The position numbers and the translations under genes are program-made. 64,000 nucleotides of DNA from Promethearchaeota archaeon (GTDB lineage Archaea; Asgardarchaeota; Lokiarchaeia; Sigyniarchaeales; SOKP01), in assembly GCA_048941285.1 (NCBI GenBank), contig JBHLNS010000006.1:1-64000 (forward strand), written 5' to 3'. The first letter of the stretch is position 1. Every line of letters starts with the position of its first letter. Of this stretch, positions 1 to 9,571 are shown in pieces. Under the pieces are notes generated by a model. It worked only from the letters and a program-made list of their open reading frames with translations. It was not told the origin of the DNA and made no database searches.

Positions 1-2573
1 TTTTTAAAACCTCCTTTTTCATAAGAGGAAGCTGCTGTTCTTAACATCAATTTGATTTTGGGATACAATTGAGCTTTTACTTCAGATTCATAAGTCTCAT
101 CAAATTCACATCCAAGTTCTAAAGCTTGGCAAAAAGAAGAATTACCTAATGCCAGTAATTTCAAATTACTATCTGTGAAAAGATTACTTGCTTTTATGAA
201 TAAATTAGCAGATTCTGAAAATCTATCATGATCCTCATATTTTTCACCAAGCTCCATACTCTCCCATGCTCTACATAGATAATATACTGCCTCTAATTCC
301 ACTCTTTCTTTCTCAGTTTTAAAGAGGTTGCAAACATACCTAAACTGTGAAGCTGCTGAAGCAAATAGTTCAGCGGCTGTTATATGTTTACCTTGTTTTC
401 CTACTATTCTTGCCTTTTCAACATCTATTCTAGCAGAACAATATGATGTCCTTAATTTAGCTACTTTTATAAGTTTCTCGATTCTTGAGATTTCCATTTT
501 TTCCTTGGATTGATTTAAGCGTTTTTCTAGGGGTATTATTGCATTTTCAAACATTTCTATCGTTATATTATATTGCTCTATAGCCTCTTCGTGTTTTTCT
601 TGTTTGCTGAGTTTTTCTGCGATTTCCTGAGACGCCCATGCAGAGTAATAATTCGCTTCATAATTAAAACTTGGAAGATTTTTTAGAATTTTGCAAGCAC
701 TATTATAGCTCTCCTTAGCTTCTTGATGATTTTCACTTTTATGATTAAATTTAGCAATTTCAATTAAGTTCCATGCTTTAACATAATTCAATTTTTCATT
801 AATTCTCTTTATTAACGGTTTATACTCGACATTTTTCAATGATTCAACGTAGGATTTTTGAGCTTCCACATAATATTTCGCAGAAGCTGTATGATTACCT
901 AGGCGATCTTCTATACGGGCTATATATTCGAATATAGCGGCAGCGTAGGAATTATACCCTCTTTTAAGACTTTCTTTGGCTACTTTTATGAATAACTCTT
1001 TTGCTTCTACTAATGTATCGTTATTTACAGTTAAAATGCCAAGTTCTTCATAAAGAAGTCCTAATCGTATTTGACCTGTAATGATGCCCGTCCTAGCTTC
1101 ATTAGAATGGTCCAAATATTTTTCAGAAGCATCTATAGCTGCCTTTAACATTTCAATTTTGTACTCTTTATCCTGAGTAATATCTGCGAGAGTTTTATAG
1201 GCTCTAAAGAGAGCATTATAACCATAAGCTCGAATCCATCCTCCCTCATATTTTTCAGCAATTTCTCTAGCTTGTTCTGCATATTGGAGCATTTTTTGTG
1301 TGTTTTCATCTTGTTCATCTTTTGAGCTAGCGAGAATGGATAAATGTGAATACGAGTATGTTAATACTAAACAAGATTCTACAACACTATATAAAACTGA
1401 ACTTATTCTAAAAATTTTTTTAGCATATTTAATCCCTTCTTCAGCATATGATTTCCTCTGAGCTAAGGTGAAAAAACTCCTTTGAGCCATATAATTATAA
1501 TAAAATGCCATGAATTGGTTTGAGAAGTAATTCCAATAAGTATGGGTGCTTTCAAATAATTCTCCCATCTCTATAAACAATTGAAGGTCAACAGAAATTC
1601 TCTTCTGGAGATAATTAAATCTACCTCCGAGTAAAGCCCACCAATCCAACCAATATATAGACTCGAGTATTAATAATATATCGTCTAATTTCTTTGCAAA
1701 GTTTGAAGCTTTTTCTAGTAATCCTAATGTATTATCTAAATACTTTCTCTGCTCACTTTCATCCTCAGCGAAATTAATTGCATAAAAACCATTCAAAGCA
1801 CCAAAAGTGACATAAATCATTGAGAGAGCGCTCAACTCGTCATATTTCTCAATAAATTCTAAACCTTCCTTACATCTTAAACGCGAATTCCAAAAATATT
1901 CTCTCCAAGATTCATCCCATCTAAAAGGCTTTATAGAGGCATAAACTATATTTAGGTAAAACTCAGCATAATACGATTCGGCAAGAGATTGTAAACAGCT
2001 AATTTTCTTTGACAGAATTTGAGCTTGAAGGGCAATATCTATACCTTTTTCATAAATCTCTTCGATCTTTTTAGGATCGTTCAAAATAGTTACTTGTGCC
2101 GTAGAAACAATGGCAGTACGGCTTAAAATCCTAGCAATATGTTTTTGATCAGCATCTCTAGAATATTCTTTGCTTATTTCAATGAAAAGATCATAGGAAT
2201 TGCTGAAGTTTACCCTTGCTTCTTTAATAGAACTAGCAATAAATCCACTGAAATAGAAAGCTTCTGCTTCACATTCTAATTTCATAGATTTATATCCAAT
2301 CTTTTCAAAGAGAATCTTAGCATCTGTGTAAGCTTTTATAGTTTGTTTGATATATTCTGCCAATTTTTCAGCTGTTTTTACAGTGAAAGCTGCTCGTGAA
2401 TAGGAATATCCAAGCTTTCGATAAATTTCAGCAGTTTTTTCCAGCAAGTTTTTTTTCAAATAACTATTGACCACTTGCTCGTATATTTTGGCTGCTTCCA
2501 ACCAATTATAAGATTTCTCTTCTGCTAGTGCCTTTTCCAGTAAATCCTCGTCTTTTTCGGTTAAATCAGACAT
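1..2573 (-). CDS. Large all-helical TPR/SNAP-like repeat protein (C-terminus runs off the window; >850 aa)
   Basis: Not in the ORF track. ATG at 2571-2573 opens a frame MSDLTEKDEDLLEKALAEEKSYNWLEAAKIYEQVV...LRTAASSYEKGGFK, with no stop seen to position 1. Repeated A..Y..A helical-hairpin pattern. Confidence 0.75.
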   Translation of the reverse strand, partial: MSDLTEKDEDLLEKALAEEKSYNWLEAAKIYEQVVNSYLKKNLLEKTAEIYRKLGYSYSRAAFTVKTAEKLAEYIKQTIKAYTDAKILFEKIGYKSMKLECEAEAFYFSGFIASSIKEARVNFSNSYDLFIEISKEYSRDADQKHIARILSRTAIVSTAQVTILNDPKKIEEIYEKGIDIALQAQILSKKISCLQSLAESYYAEFYLNIVYASIKPFRWDESWREYFWNSRLRCKEGLEFIEKYDELSALSMIYVTFGALNGFYAINFAEDESEQRKYLDNTLGLLEKASNFAKKLDDILLILESIYWLDWWALLGGRFNYLQKRISVDLQLFIEMGELFESTHTYWNYFSNQFMAFYYNYMAQRSFFTLAQRKSYAEEGIKYAKKIFRISSVLYSVVESCLVLTYSYSHLSILASSKDEQDENTQKMLQYAEQAREIAEKYEGGWIRAYGYNALFRAYKTLADITQDKEYKIEMLKAAIDASEKYLDHSNEARTGIITGQIRLGLLYEELGILTVNNDTLVEAKELFIKVAKESLKRGYNSYAAAIFEYIARIEDRLGNHTASAKYYVEAQKSYVESLKNVEYKPLIKRINEKLNYVKAWNLIEIAKFNHKSENHQEAKESYNSACKILKNLPSFNYEANYYSAWASQEIAEKLSKQEKHEEAIEQYNITIEMFENAIIPLEKRLNQSKEKMEISRIEKLIKVAKLRTSYCSARIDVEKARIVGKQGKHITAAELFASAASQFRYVCNLFKTEKERVELEAVYYLCRAWESMELGEKYEDHDRFSESANLFIKASNLFTDSNLKLLALGNSSFCQALELGCEFDETYESEVKAQLYPKIKLMLRTAASSYEKGGFK

Positions 2574-2743
2574 TTTTTAAATTGATGATTGAATTGAGTT
2601 ATTTTCCTAATAAGATATTCTATTTAATTTGCCCTATAGATTATTTTTTATAATGATTAATTTCGTTTAATTCTTAATAAATTTAATTATAGTTCATGAT
2701 TAGAATGTAGAATAACTAAGTTATTTGATTTTTGACCATTTCT

Positions 2744-3889
2744 TCACTTTCTTATTACCCAAATACTATTACTATCCTCTTTAATAAATTCTGATCTTGT
2801 AAAGTGTGTTGAAGCGATAAACTCTCGAAAGGTTCTTTCATCATAAAAATGCGAAGTTTTTACTTCTGTAAACTTATGAGTAACATCAAAAAGCTGAAAT
2901 TTTTTTTTCGGTGCAAAGGTATTAGGAATCATACTTTCTCCAACAAGTAAAATACCATCATCTTTCAACAAGGAATATAGATTTTTAAATACACCTCTTC
3001 GGTAATTCTCATCAATGTTCATTTCATGGAGAACCTGATTTAATATAATCAAATCATATTTCTTACTAGCAGATTGGGCAAATTCATTAAGATCTGTTTC
3101 AAAAATCTCAATTCTTTCATTCCATTTATTTTTTTCAATTATTTTTTTTGCGTGGGTAATTGCTATAGGATCAATATCTATTCCTACAAATCTTGCTGTT
3201 TTATACTTTTTTGCCCACGTTTCAAGATTAAATCCATACCCACAGCCAAGCTCAAGGATGATACCTCCCTTTTGCAGATTTTTACAGAAACTTTCAAATT
3301 TCTTAGAAAACAATCTTTCTACTAAAGTTCCAAATCTTGCACCTCGTTCCTGTAGATCTTTCATAACATCTCCAGGTAAGTCCAATATACTCCAATCTTT
3401 ACCCGTTCTAAATCTTTCTATTAAAATGTCCTGAGCGGGAGCTATATAATAGAATGCACCGAGTGTTCCTCCAATATAAGCCTCATTGTTCCCGTCAATA
3501 AGTAAATCAAATACATAAGGAGCTGTTTTTAAAATCTTTTTATCAGACTCTGCAATCTCAAGAATACCACATTCGAGTGCCAAATGAAGCCAACCATCTA
3601 GATATTTAAAATCTAACTTTAAGTTTTCTGAGAGTTCAATTGGTGTAAAACTCACTTCAGTAGTTAAAGTAGAACTTTTAGATGATTTTGCTTTATCATA
3701 TAAGTAATTAAAAATGCCTAAACGTCTGCCCATCCCAATTAATATAACAGTATTAAATCCATAAAGACCATTTATAGCAAATCTTTTTATTTGATTGCTA
3801 ATAGTAATTTCAAGTTTACTTTCATTTTCGTTTTTAATTAATTTCACCATAATGTATTTTCTTAATTTATAAAAGCAATTATTTATCAA
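2744..3889 (-). CDS. Class I SAM-dependent methyltransferase with N-terminal winged-helix domain
   Basis: ILELGCGYG motif I, VGIDID, YDLIILNQVLHE. N-terminal GRRLGIF...ELSENLKLDFKYLDGWL HTH segment. True start may be ATG at about 3850. Confidence 0.85.
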   Translation of the reverse strand: MINNCFYKLRKYIMVKLIKNENESKLEITISNQIKRFAINGLYGFNTVILIGMGRRLGIFNYLYDKAKSSKSSTLTTEVSFTPIELSENLKLDFKYLDGWLHLALECGILEIAESDKKILKTAPYVFDLLIDGNNEAYIGGTLGAFYYIAPAQDILIERFRTGKDWSILDLPGDVMKDLQERGARFGTLVERLFSKKFESFCKNLQKGGIILELGCGYGFNLETWAKKYKTARFVGIDIDPIAITHAKKIIEKNKWNERIEIFETDLNEFAQSASKKYDLIILNQVLHEMNIDENYRRGVFKNLYSLLKDDGILLVGESMIPNTFAPKKKFQLFDVTHKFTEVKTSHFYDERTFREFIASTHFTRSEFIKEDSNSIWVIRK

Positions 3890-3916
3890 AAATCAGATTA
3901 AACTAGCTTTTCAAAT

Positions 3917-4147
3917 TTAAATTTCTTTAAGAGTGATAACTTCCTCTGGTAGAAATGATTTCAAAATGTCACTTAAAATCCTATTATCTTCAATTGGAAT
4001 TCCTCTAATGACAAACTGATTTTTTTTGAGAGGATCTAATTTCCATTCGAATTCAGTTAGTAGATATCGTTTGATATCAATAAACTTTTCTCCTGGCTCA
4101 ATCATAAAATCATCCATAAGCTTTTCAATATCTTTTACTTGTACCAT
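3917..4147 (-). CDS. Ubiquitin-like (beta-grasp) small protein lacking C-terminal GG
   Basis: EPGEKFIDIK aligns by eye to ubiquitin EPSDTIENVK, and QFVIRGIPIEDNRILSD to QRLIFAGKQLEDGRTLSD. 76 aa. Confidence 0.6.
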   Translation of the reverse strand: MVQVKDIEKLMDDFMIEPGEKFIDIKRYLLTEFEWKLDPLKKNQFVIRGIPIEDNRILSDILKSFLPEEVITLKEI

Positions 4148-4248
4148 TTTCTTTACCCATTCTTAATAAAAATTTGAAGTAAATATAATATTTGGTCTTC
4201 AAATAAAATTTAAGATAGAAAATTTATAAATTTTTTAACACTCATATT

Positions 4249-5043
4249 CTAAAAAAACATTCTAATTGCCAGTGCCATTAATATTATTGCGACAAAAGAT
4301 TGTAAGTAACTTTTATGCATTTTACCAGAGACTTGTGCTCCTACTACAGACCCTAAAACAGCTCCTAAACCAATTAATATTCCGATTAAATAGTTTATTT
4401 GCCCTAAAATGCTTTTGGCAATAGTATTATAAATCGCTGTAAAAAAAATAATCCCTATAGAAATTGCTGTAGCATTATGAATTGGATATTGAAGTATCAT
4501 ATGAAGAGCAGGAGTATTGATGATGCCTCCTCCAATACCTAATAAATTTGCAGAAAAACCTGCTAAAAAAAAAAGAGGGATAGATTTCTTTAAATTAGTT
4601 TGATAATCATGACTATGTAATATAAAATTATTCTCATACATCTCCAACTCGGGATTAGGTTTTCTAGATTTTAAGGCTTTATATATCATATTCAATCCAG
4701 CTATCAATATGGTTGTTGCAAATATAATTTTTAAAATGGTACTATCTAAATCAAAGGGTGTGAAGATCAGTGTGCTTGCAATACTTCCCAAAATTGAAAA
4801 TGATGAAAATATTATAACCTGTTTAATATGTAACCTCTCAGCTTTAAAATAAGTAAAAAATCCTGCTCCAGAAGAAATTAATATTATAAAAGCAGAAGTA
4901 TCTACAGCTATGTCAATAGGAATTAAAAATAGTAGAACCATAAAGCTAACAAAAAAAACTCCCCCTCCTATTCCAGCAATAGAGCTTATAAGTCCAAAAG
5001 CAAATCCCGCACCTAATAATATTATAACTGCGACACTATCCAT
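4249..5043 (-). CDS. Sulfite exporter TauE/SafE (TSUP) family membrane protein
   Basis: Duplicated GIGGG motifs (SSIAGIGGGVF, NLLGIGGGII) and about 8 TM segments. Confidence 0.9.
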   Translation of the reverse strand: MDSVAVIILLGAGFAFGLISSIAGIGGGVFFVSFMVLLFLIPIDIAVDTSAFIILISSGAGFFTYFKAERLHIKQVIIFSSFSILGSIASTLIFTPFDLDSTILKIIFATTILIAGLNMIYKALKSRKPNPELEMYENNFILHSHDYQTNLKKSIPLFFLAGFSANLLGIGGGIINTPALHMILQYPIHNATAISIGIIFFTAIYNTIAKSILGQINYLIGILIGLGAVLGSVVGAQVSGKMHKSYLQSFVAIILMALAIRMFF

Positions 5044-5177
5044 ATAGTGGGAAATATCTTAAGCTATTATTAGTTTTCTAAAATTTGAGGATTAAATTGA
5101 ATAATAATATATTATTAATACAAGATTATAATAATACATAATTTATTAATAAAATAAAATACAATTCTTACCCGATT

Positions 5178-5567
5178 ATGCCTGATTCTAACAACGACAA
5201 ATTTGTTTTAAAGCTAATACCTTGTGTTCGTTGTGGAAATCCTTTTATGGTAAAAAATGATCAGCCAAAGTCGGGGGATGTAATATGTGATAATTGCATA
5301 AAACTAGAAGAAAGAAAAAAGCAATTGGCATCATCTGTCATTGAATCTCAGAAAGAAATTAAAAGCTCTATCAAAGAATATGAAGATAAAATACAATTTG
5401 AGGAATCACAAGAAATAAAAAAAATATTCTATGATAAAATCAAAAAACAATCTGAGATTTTAACAAGGTCAATAGAACTTCTTAAAAAAATTGAAGAAAC
5501 TAATGATGAGACGTATATTGAAGAATATAAAAGGCTATTCGATAAATTGAAAAAAGAAAATGTATAG
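5178..5567 (+). CDS. Zinc-ribbon plus coiled-coil hypothetical protein
   Basis: CVRC...CDNC followed by a charged heptad helix. Confidence 0.65.
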   Translation: MPDSNNDKFVLKLIPCVRCGNPFMVKNDQPKSGDVICDNCIKLEERKKQLASSVIESQKEIKSSIKEYEDKIQFEESQEIKKIFYDKIKKQSEILTRSIELLKKIEETNDETYIEEYKRLFDKLKKENV

Positions 5568-5568
5568 A

Positions 5569-5586
5569 AAGGTTTAGTAAAACCTT
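5569..5586. terminator. Short hairpin between convergent genes (possible bidirectional terminator)
   Basis: AAGGTTT-AGTA-AAACCTT perfect 7-bp stem between the convergent stops at 5567 and 5585. Confidence 0.35.
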
Positions 5587-6343
5587 AATTCTTCATAAAT
5601 ATTAAACCTAAATTTCTCATTCTATGTTTTGAACTAAACTTAGCATCCAATTTCATAAGCTTTGCTAGAATTTTAACAATAACATTCCATATTTTTTGAA
5701 AAATCATATTTGATTCATATTTATTTCTTAAGGTTATAAGGTTCTTTTCAATTTTTCTTGGATTTGTGGTTTGGATATCTGCAATTAACATCAATCTACC
5801 ATATATACCGAAAATTTTTAGATTCTTTAGATTGAAGTTATTAAAATCAGAGATAATTTTACTCAATTCATATCTCCTAAAATGTCCTATTATTATATCT
5901 TGATTTGAATAATATTTCATCCGATGCGGAACCGTGATTAATGCTATTCCCTTTTTTTTTAAAATTCTACTAATTTCAGATATTGCTAATCTATCATCCC
6001 TTATATGTTCTAAAACGTCAAGTACAGTCACAAAATCAAAAGATTCATCTCTATAAGGTAATTTGACTAGATCTGCACATATAGGATTGTGAACATTATT
6101 ATTTTTGTATTGATTTAATGGAAAATTGGCAAGATCCAAGAAAGATTTATGTTTAATATTATCTAAAAAAGAGAGAATAGAATTACCAGATGAACCGAGA
6201 TCGATCCCACTTAAAAACTCTTTCTTATTACCTAAATTATCTTTCAAAATATCAAACTTACACCTGATACCGGGAGAAATATAGTATTCTGATAATGTTC
6301 TAAAAGAAAAATTCTTATGTTTATCATAAAAATCTTTAAGCAT
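5585..6343 (-). CDS. Class I SAM-dependent methyltransferase (Methyltransf_11-like)
   Basis: IDLGSSG, LPYRDESFDFVTVLDVLEHI, ITVP, GHFRRY. Confidence 0.85.
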   Translation of the reverse strand: MLKDFYDKHKNFSFRTLSEYYISPGIRCKFDILKDNLGNKKEFLSGIDLGSSGNSILSFLDNIKHKSFLDLANFPLNQYKNNNVHNPICADLVKLPYRDESFDFVTVLDVLEHIRDDRLAISEISRILKKKGIALITVPHRMKYYSNQDIIIGHFRRYELSKIISDFNNFNLKNLKIFGIYGRLMLIADIQTTNPRKIEKNLITLRNKYESNMIFQKIWNVIVKILAKLMKLDAKFSSKHRMRNLGLIFMKN

Positions 6344-6435
6344 AAGTTTATCTTAAGATCGATTATTCTTAATAATTTATTTACTAGGGAATATTAAAAT
6401 TTAACATCTATGTAATTTCAAAGAAAAAAATAAAA

Positions 6436-6843
6436 ATGATTCAGTTAAGTGTTTATCTAGAAGATCGACCAGGAGAACTTGCAAACTTCATAAAATTTCT
6501 TATGGATAATAAGGTTTTTATCCGAGCTTTAACAGTGGCAAAAACAAGTGATTATGGACTAATTTTGGTTTTAGTTGATAATCCTGAAAAATGTATTGAG
6601 ATTTTGGAACAAAAAGATTTTATTTTATCAACTACAGAAGTCATTGCTGTAAGATTAAATGATCACCCTAATGCTTTATATGAGATACCAAAAGCTTTAG
6701 GAGAGAATGAGATTAATATTGATTACTTCTACTCTACTTTAGTTAAAGATGAATCCATGCTTATTTTGCGAGTAGAAGATACAATAATAGAAGAGGCAGT
6801 AGATCTCTTACAAAAAGCAGGTTTTACTATAGTAGAAAGGTAG
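6436..6843 (+). CDS. Tandem ACT-domain protein
   Basis: QLSVYLEDRPGELA...AVRLNDHPNAL...INIDYFYS; two ACT repeats. Confidence 0.85.
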   Translation: MIQLSVYLEDRPGELANFIKFLMDNKVFIRALTVAKTSDYGLILVLVDNPEKCIEILEQKDFILSTTEVIAVRLNDHPNALYEIPKALGENEINIDYFYSTLVKDESMLILRVEDTIIEEAVDLLQKAGFTIVER

Positions 6844-6967
6844 ATTTAGCTTCTATTTCTTTAAAATGTTATCCCATTTTATTCCCAAATAATTCAATCT
6901 TCTAATTGAATAATAAAACTTAAGAATTTTTAGTAATTAGAAGTTATACCGTTTAATTATTATCAAT

Positions 6968-8164
6968 TTGGTAAGAATTATGAGTATTAAATTTACTGAA
7001 GAACAAGATATGATTAGAGAATCTGTTCGTGAATTTGCACAGAATAAAATTGTTCCTATCGCACTTCAAATGGAAGAAATTAAAGAGATTCCTAGAAGTG
7101 TTGTTAAAGGAATGGCAGAATTGGGCTTAATGACATGTACCGCAGATGAAAAATATGGGGGTCCAGGATTAAGCGCAGTAAGTGCTGGTGTTATTGCAGA
7201 AGAATTGGCAAGAGCAGATTGTACGGGTTCCACTTGTGTATATTATTTGGTTCCTGCATCATGGGGATTCCTTTTAAATAAATATGGAACAGAAGAAGCA
7301 AAACAAGAAATTTTTCCTAAGACACTCTCAGGAGAGTGGTTTCTAGGGATTGCTACAACTGAAAGTGATGCTGGATCTGATGTAGGTGGCACCAAAACAA
7401 CAATCAAACCAGATGATGAAGGATTTGTGGTTAATGGCGAAAAAATGTATATTAGTGGAGTAAGAGAGGCAGTTAAATATGGAGGGGGTCATGTTACAAT
7501 TGCTCATCAAACTCCAGAACGTGGAACGAGAGGGATGACATGTTTCTACTTACCCTTAACAGCTGAGGGAATTACTCCAACTTATATTGCTGATTTAGGA
7601 CGAGAGGGAATTTCATGTGGAGGTTTTTCAATAGATAATGTAAAAATTCCTAAACATTACATAATAGGTGAAGAAAATAAAGGTTTTTATATCTTACATG
7701 AAGGATATGAATATGCAAGAGCATTAATAACTGTAATTTGTGCTTCTGCAGGCTTAAAGTCTTTAGAAAATGGAATAAATTATATCAAGGAAAGAAAATC
7801 TTTTGGAAAATCTTTGTCACAATATCAAGGAATTAATTTTAAACTATCTGAACATTACACTAAATTAAGTATGTTGAGAGATTGGGGCTATCGAGCATTA
7901 AAGACTATCGACTTAGAACAACAAGGAAAAGCAAGTAGATTTGAAACTAGTAAAATTGTTGCTATGGGAAAAATGTTTTGTTCTACATGGGCTTGTGATG
8001 CTATAAATGATGTAATGCAGTGGCAAGGTGCTTTTGGTTATTCAAGAGAATGTCCTGACCAAGCTGCGTGGCGAGCAGTCAGATCCTTTGCGCTAGCAGA
8101 AGGAAGTTCTGAAGTTATGAAGATGATTGTAGCACGAGAGCTTCTTGGTAGGAAACAATATTAA
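6968..8164 (+). CDS. Acyl-CoA dehydrogenase, cyclohexanecarboxyl-CoA dehydrogenase (AliB)-like
   Basis: ACAD motifs TESDAGSD, NGEKMYISG, ERKSFGK, GAFGY, EGSSEVMK. AGVIAEELARAD and ARALI resemble the AliB subgroup. Substrate is inferred. Confidence 0.85.
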   Translation: MVRIMSIKFTEEQDMIRESVREFAQNKIVPIALQMEEIKEIPRSVVKGMAELGLMTCTADEKYGGPGLSAVSAGVIAEELARADCTGSTCVYYLVPASWGFLLNKYGTEEAKQEIFPKTLSGEWFLGIATTESDAGSDVGGTKTTIKPDDEGFVVNGEKMYISGVREAVKYGGGHVTIAHQTPERGTRGMTCFYLPLTAEGITPTYIADLGREGISCGGFSIDNVKIPKHYIIGEENKGFYILHEGYEYARALITVICASAGLKSLENGINYIKERKSFGKSLSQYQGINFKLSEHYTKLSMLRDWGYRALKTIDLEQQGKASRFETSKIVAMGKMFCSTWACDAINDVMQWQGAFGYSRECPDQAAWRAVRSFALAEGSSEVMKMIVARELLGRKQY

Positions 8165-8297
8165 ATCTTTTTTTCTAAATTTTTTTTTGTTATATTTTTC
8201 GTTATTTCATATTGAAAGGTTAAACTAGAAGAAAAATATAAATTTATTTGGAGCTCTAGTGATTTTAAATAAAGATTTTTCTTCTGAGATATCGTGA

Positions 8298-8699
8298 ATG
8301 ATCGAAAAAAACAAACGAATACGATTTATAGTGGTTTCAATTGGAATAATTTTTACTTCGTGTATTTCACTTTTGCTTACGAGTTTAATATATTCACCTG
8401 ATTTTTCAAAATTAGGTTTTTTCGTCTTTTTAAATATTTTCTATATTACTACAAATTTTATTGTCATTTGGGTATTTTATAATCTTTTAAAGAAGAATTA
8501 TCAAATGAAAAAGAGAACAATTTTCTATGCTAAAATAATTATCATTACAATGTTGAGTGGTGGATTCCTCGGCTTTATCCTTATGTTGATTGTTGATGTT
8601 TCAGATTACAGATTTCTTGTTGGACTTTCACTTTATGAAATACAAATCTTTGGATTTGCATATGCTGGAATTATTAATCTCCTTCATGAAAAAGATTAG
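8298..8699 (+). CDS. Hypothetical 4-TM membrane protein
   Basis: Four hydrophobic stretches, no recognisable motif. Confidence 0.6.
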   Translation: MIEKNKRIRFIVVSIGIIFTSCISLLLTSLIYSPDFSKLGFFVFLNIFYITTNFIVIWVFYNLLKKNYQMKKRTIFYAKIIIITMLSGGFLGFILMLIVDVSDYRFLVGLSLYEIQIFGFAYAGIINLLHEKD

Positions 8700-8781
8700 A
8701 GCTTATTAATTGTAATATTAATTAACTTTTTTTTTGATTTTTAATATCCTTATTTAACTCTTAAGAATTAAATGTGAAACT

Positions 8782-9570
8782 ATGAAATTTATTGTATGCA
8801 TAAAACAAGTTCCTGATACCACTGAAGTTAAAATTGACCCTGAAACTAATACATTGATTAGAGAAGGTGTTCCTAGCATCCTCAATCCCTTCGATCAGTT
8901 TGTACTTGAGGAAGCTATCAAAATCAGACAGGAAGGTGATGAGATTTTAGTAATTTCTATGGGTCCACCACAAGCAAAAAAGGCATTACTAAAGTGCCTT
9001 GCCTTAGGGGCAGATAAAGCTATCTTACTAAGTGATAAAATTTTTGCCGGGGCAGATACATGGGCAACATCTTATACTCTTACTCAATGTATCAAAAAGA
9101 TTGGTGATTTTAACATTATTTTTTGTGGTTTACAAGCTATTGACGGAGATACTGCTCAAGTAGGACCTGAAATTGCAGCTCAATTAGGGATTCCTCAGAT
9201 AACTTATGTTGAAAGTGTTGAAAAACTGGAAGGAAAAAAACTAACAGCAAAAGTACAAACAGATGATGGATATAAAATAGTAGAAGTTAGACTTCCAGTA
9301 CTAATAACTGGAATGACTCCATCTTCATTTGAACCCACAAATCCTCCCATGATGAATATAATGAAAGCGAATAAAAAACCATTTTTAACTTGGGATGCTG
9401 ATGAACTGGGAGGTAATAAAGAGGATTATGGCTTAAATGGGTCATTAACTGAAGTTATTAAAGTATATTCCCCACCAGCAAGACAACAGGGAGTTGTTAT
9501 TCAAGAGGAGACCTCTGAAGCTTCGGTTAAAAAATTAATTGAATTATTATCTAAGGATAAGGTGATTTAA
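8782..9570 (+). CDS. etfB: Electron transfer flavoprotein beta subunit (EtfB/FixA)
   Basis: VCIKQVPDT, NPFD, SMGPPQA, AGADTWATS, AIDGDTAQVGP. Confidence 0.95.
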   Translation: MKFIVCIKQVPDTTEVKIDPETNTLIREGVPSILNPFDQFVLEEAIKIRQEGDEILVISMGPPQAKKALLKCLALGADKAILLSDKIFAGADTWATSYTLTQCIKKIGDFNIIFCGLQAIDGDTAQVGPEIAAQLGIPQITYVESVEKLEGKKLTAKVQTDDGYKIVEVRLPVLITGMTPSSFEPTNPPMMNIMKANKKPFLTWDADELGGNKEDYGLNGSLTEVIKVYSPPARQQGVVIQEETSEASVKKLIELLSKDKVI

Positions 9571-9571
9571 T

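Noticed and set aside
328-513. 61-aa plus-strand ORF
   Set aside because: Antisense shadow of the long TPR-like minus-strand gene.
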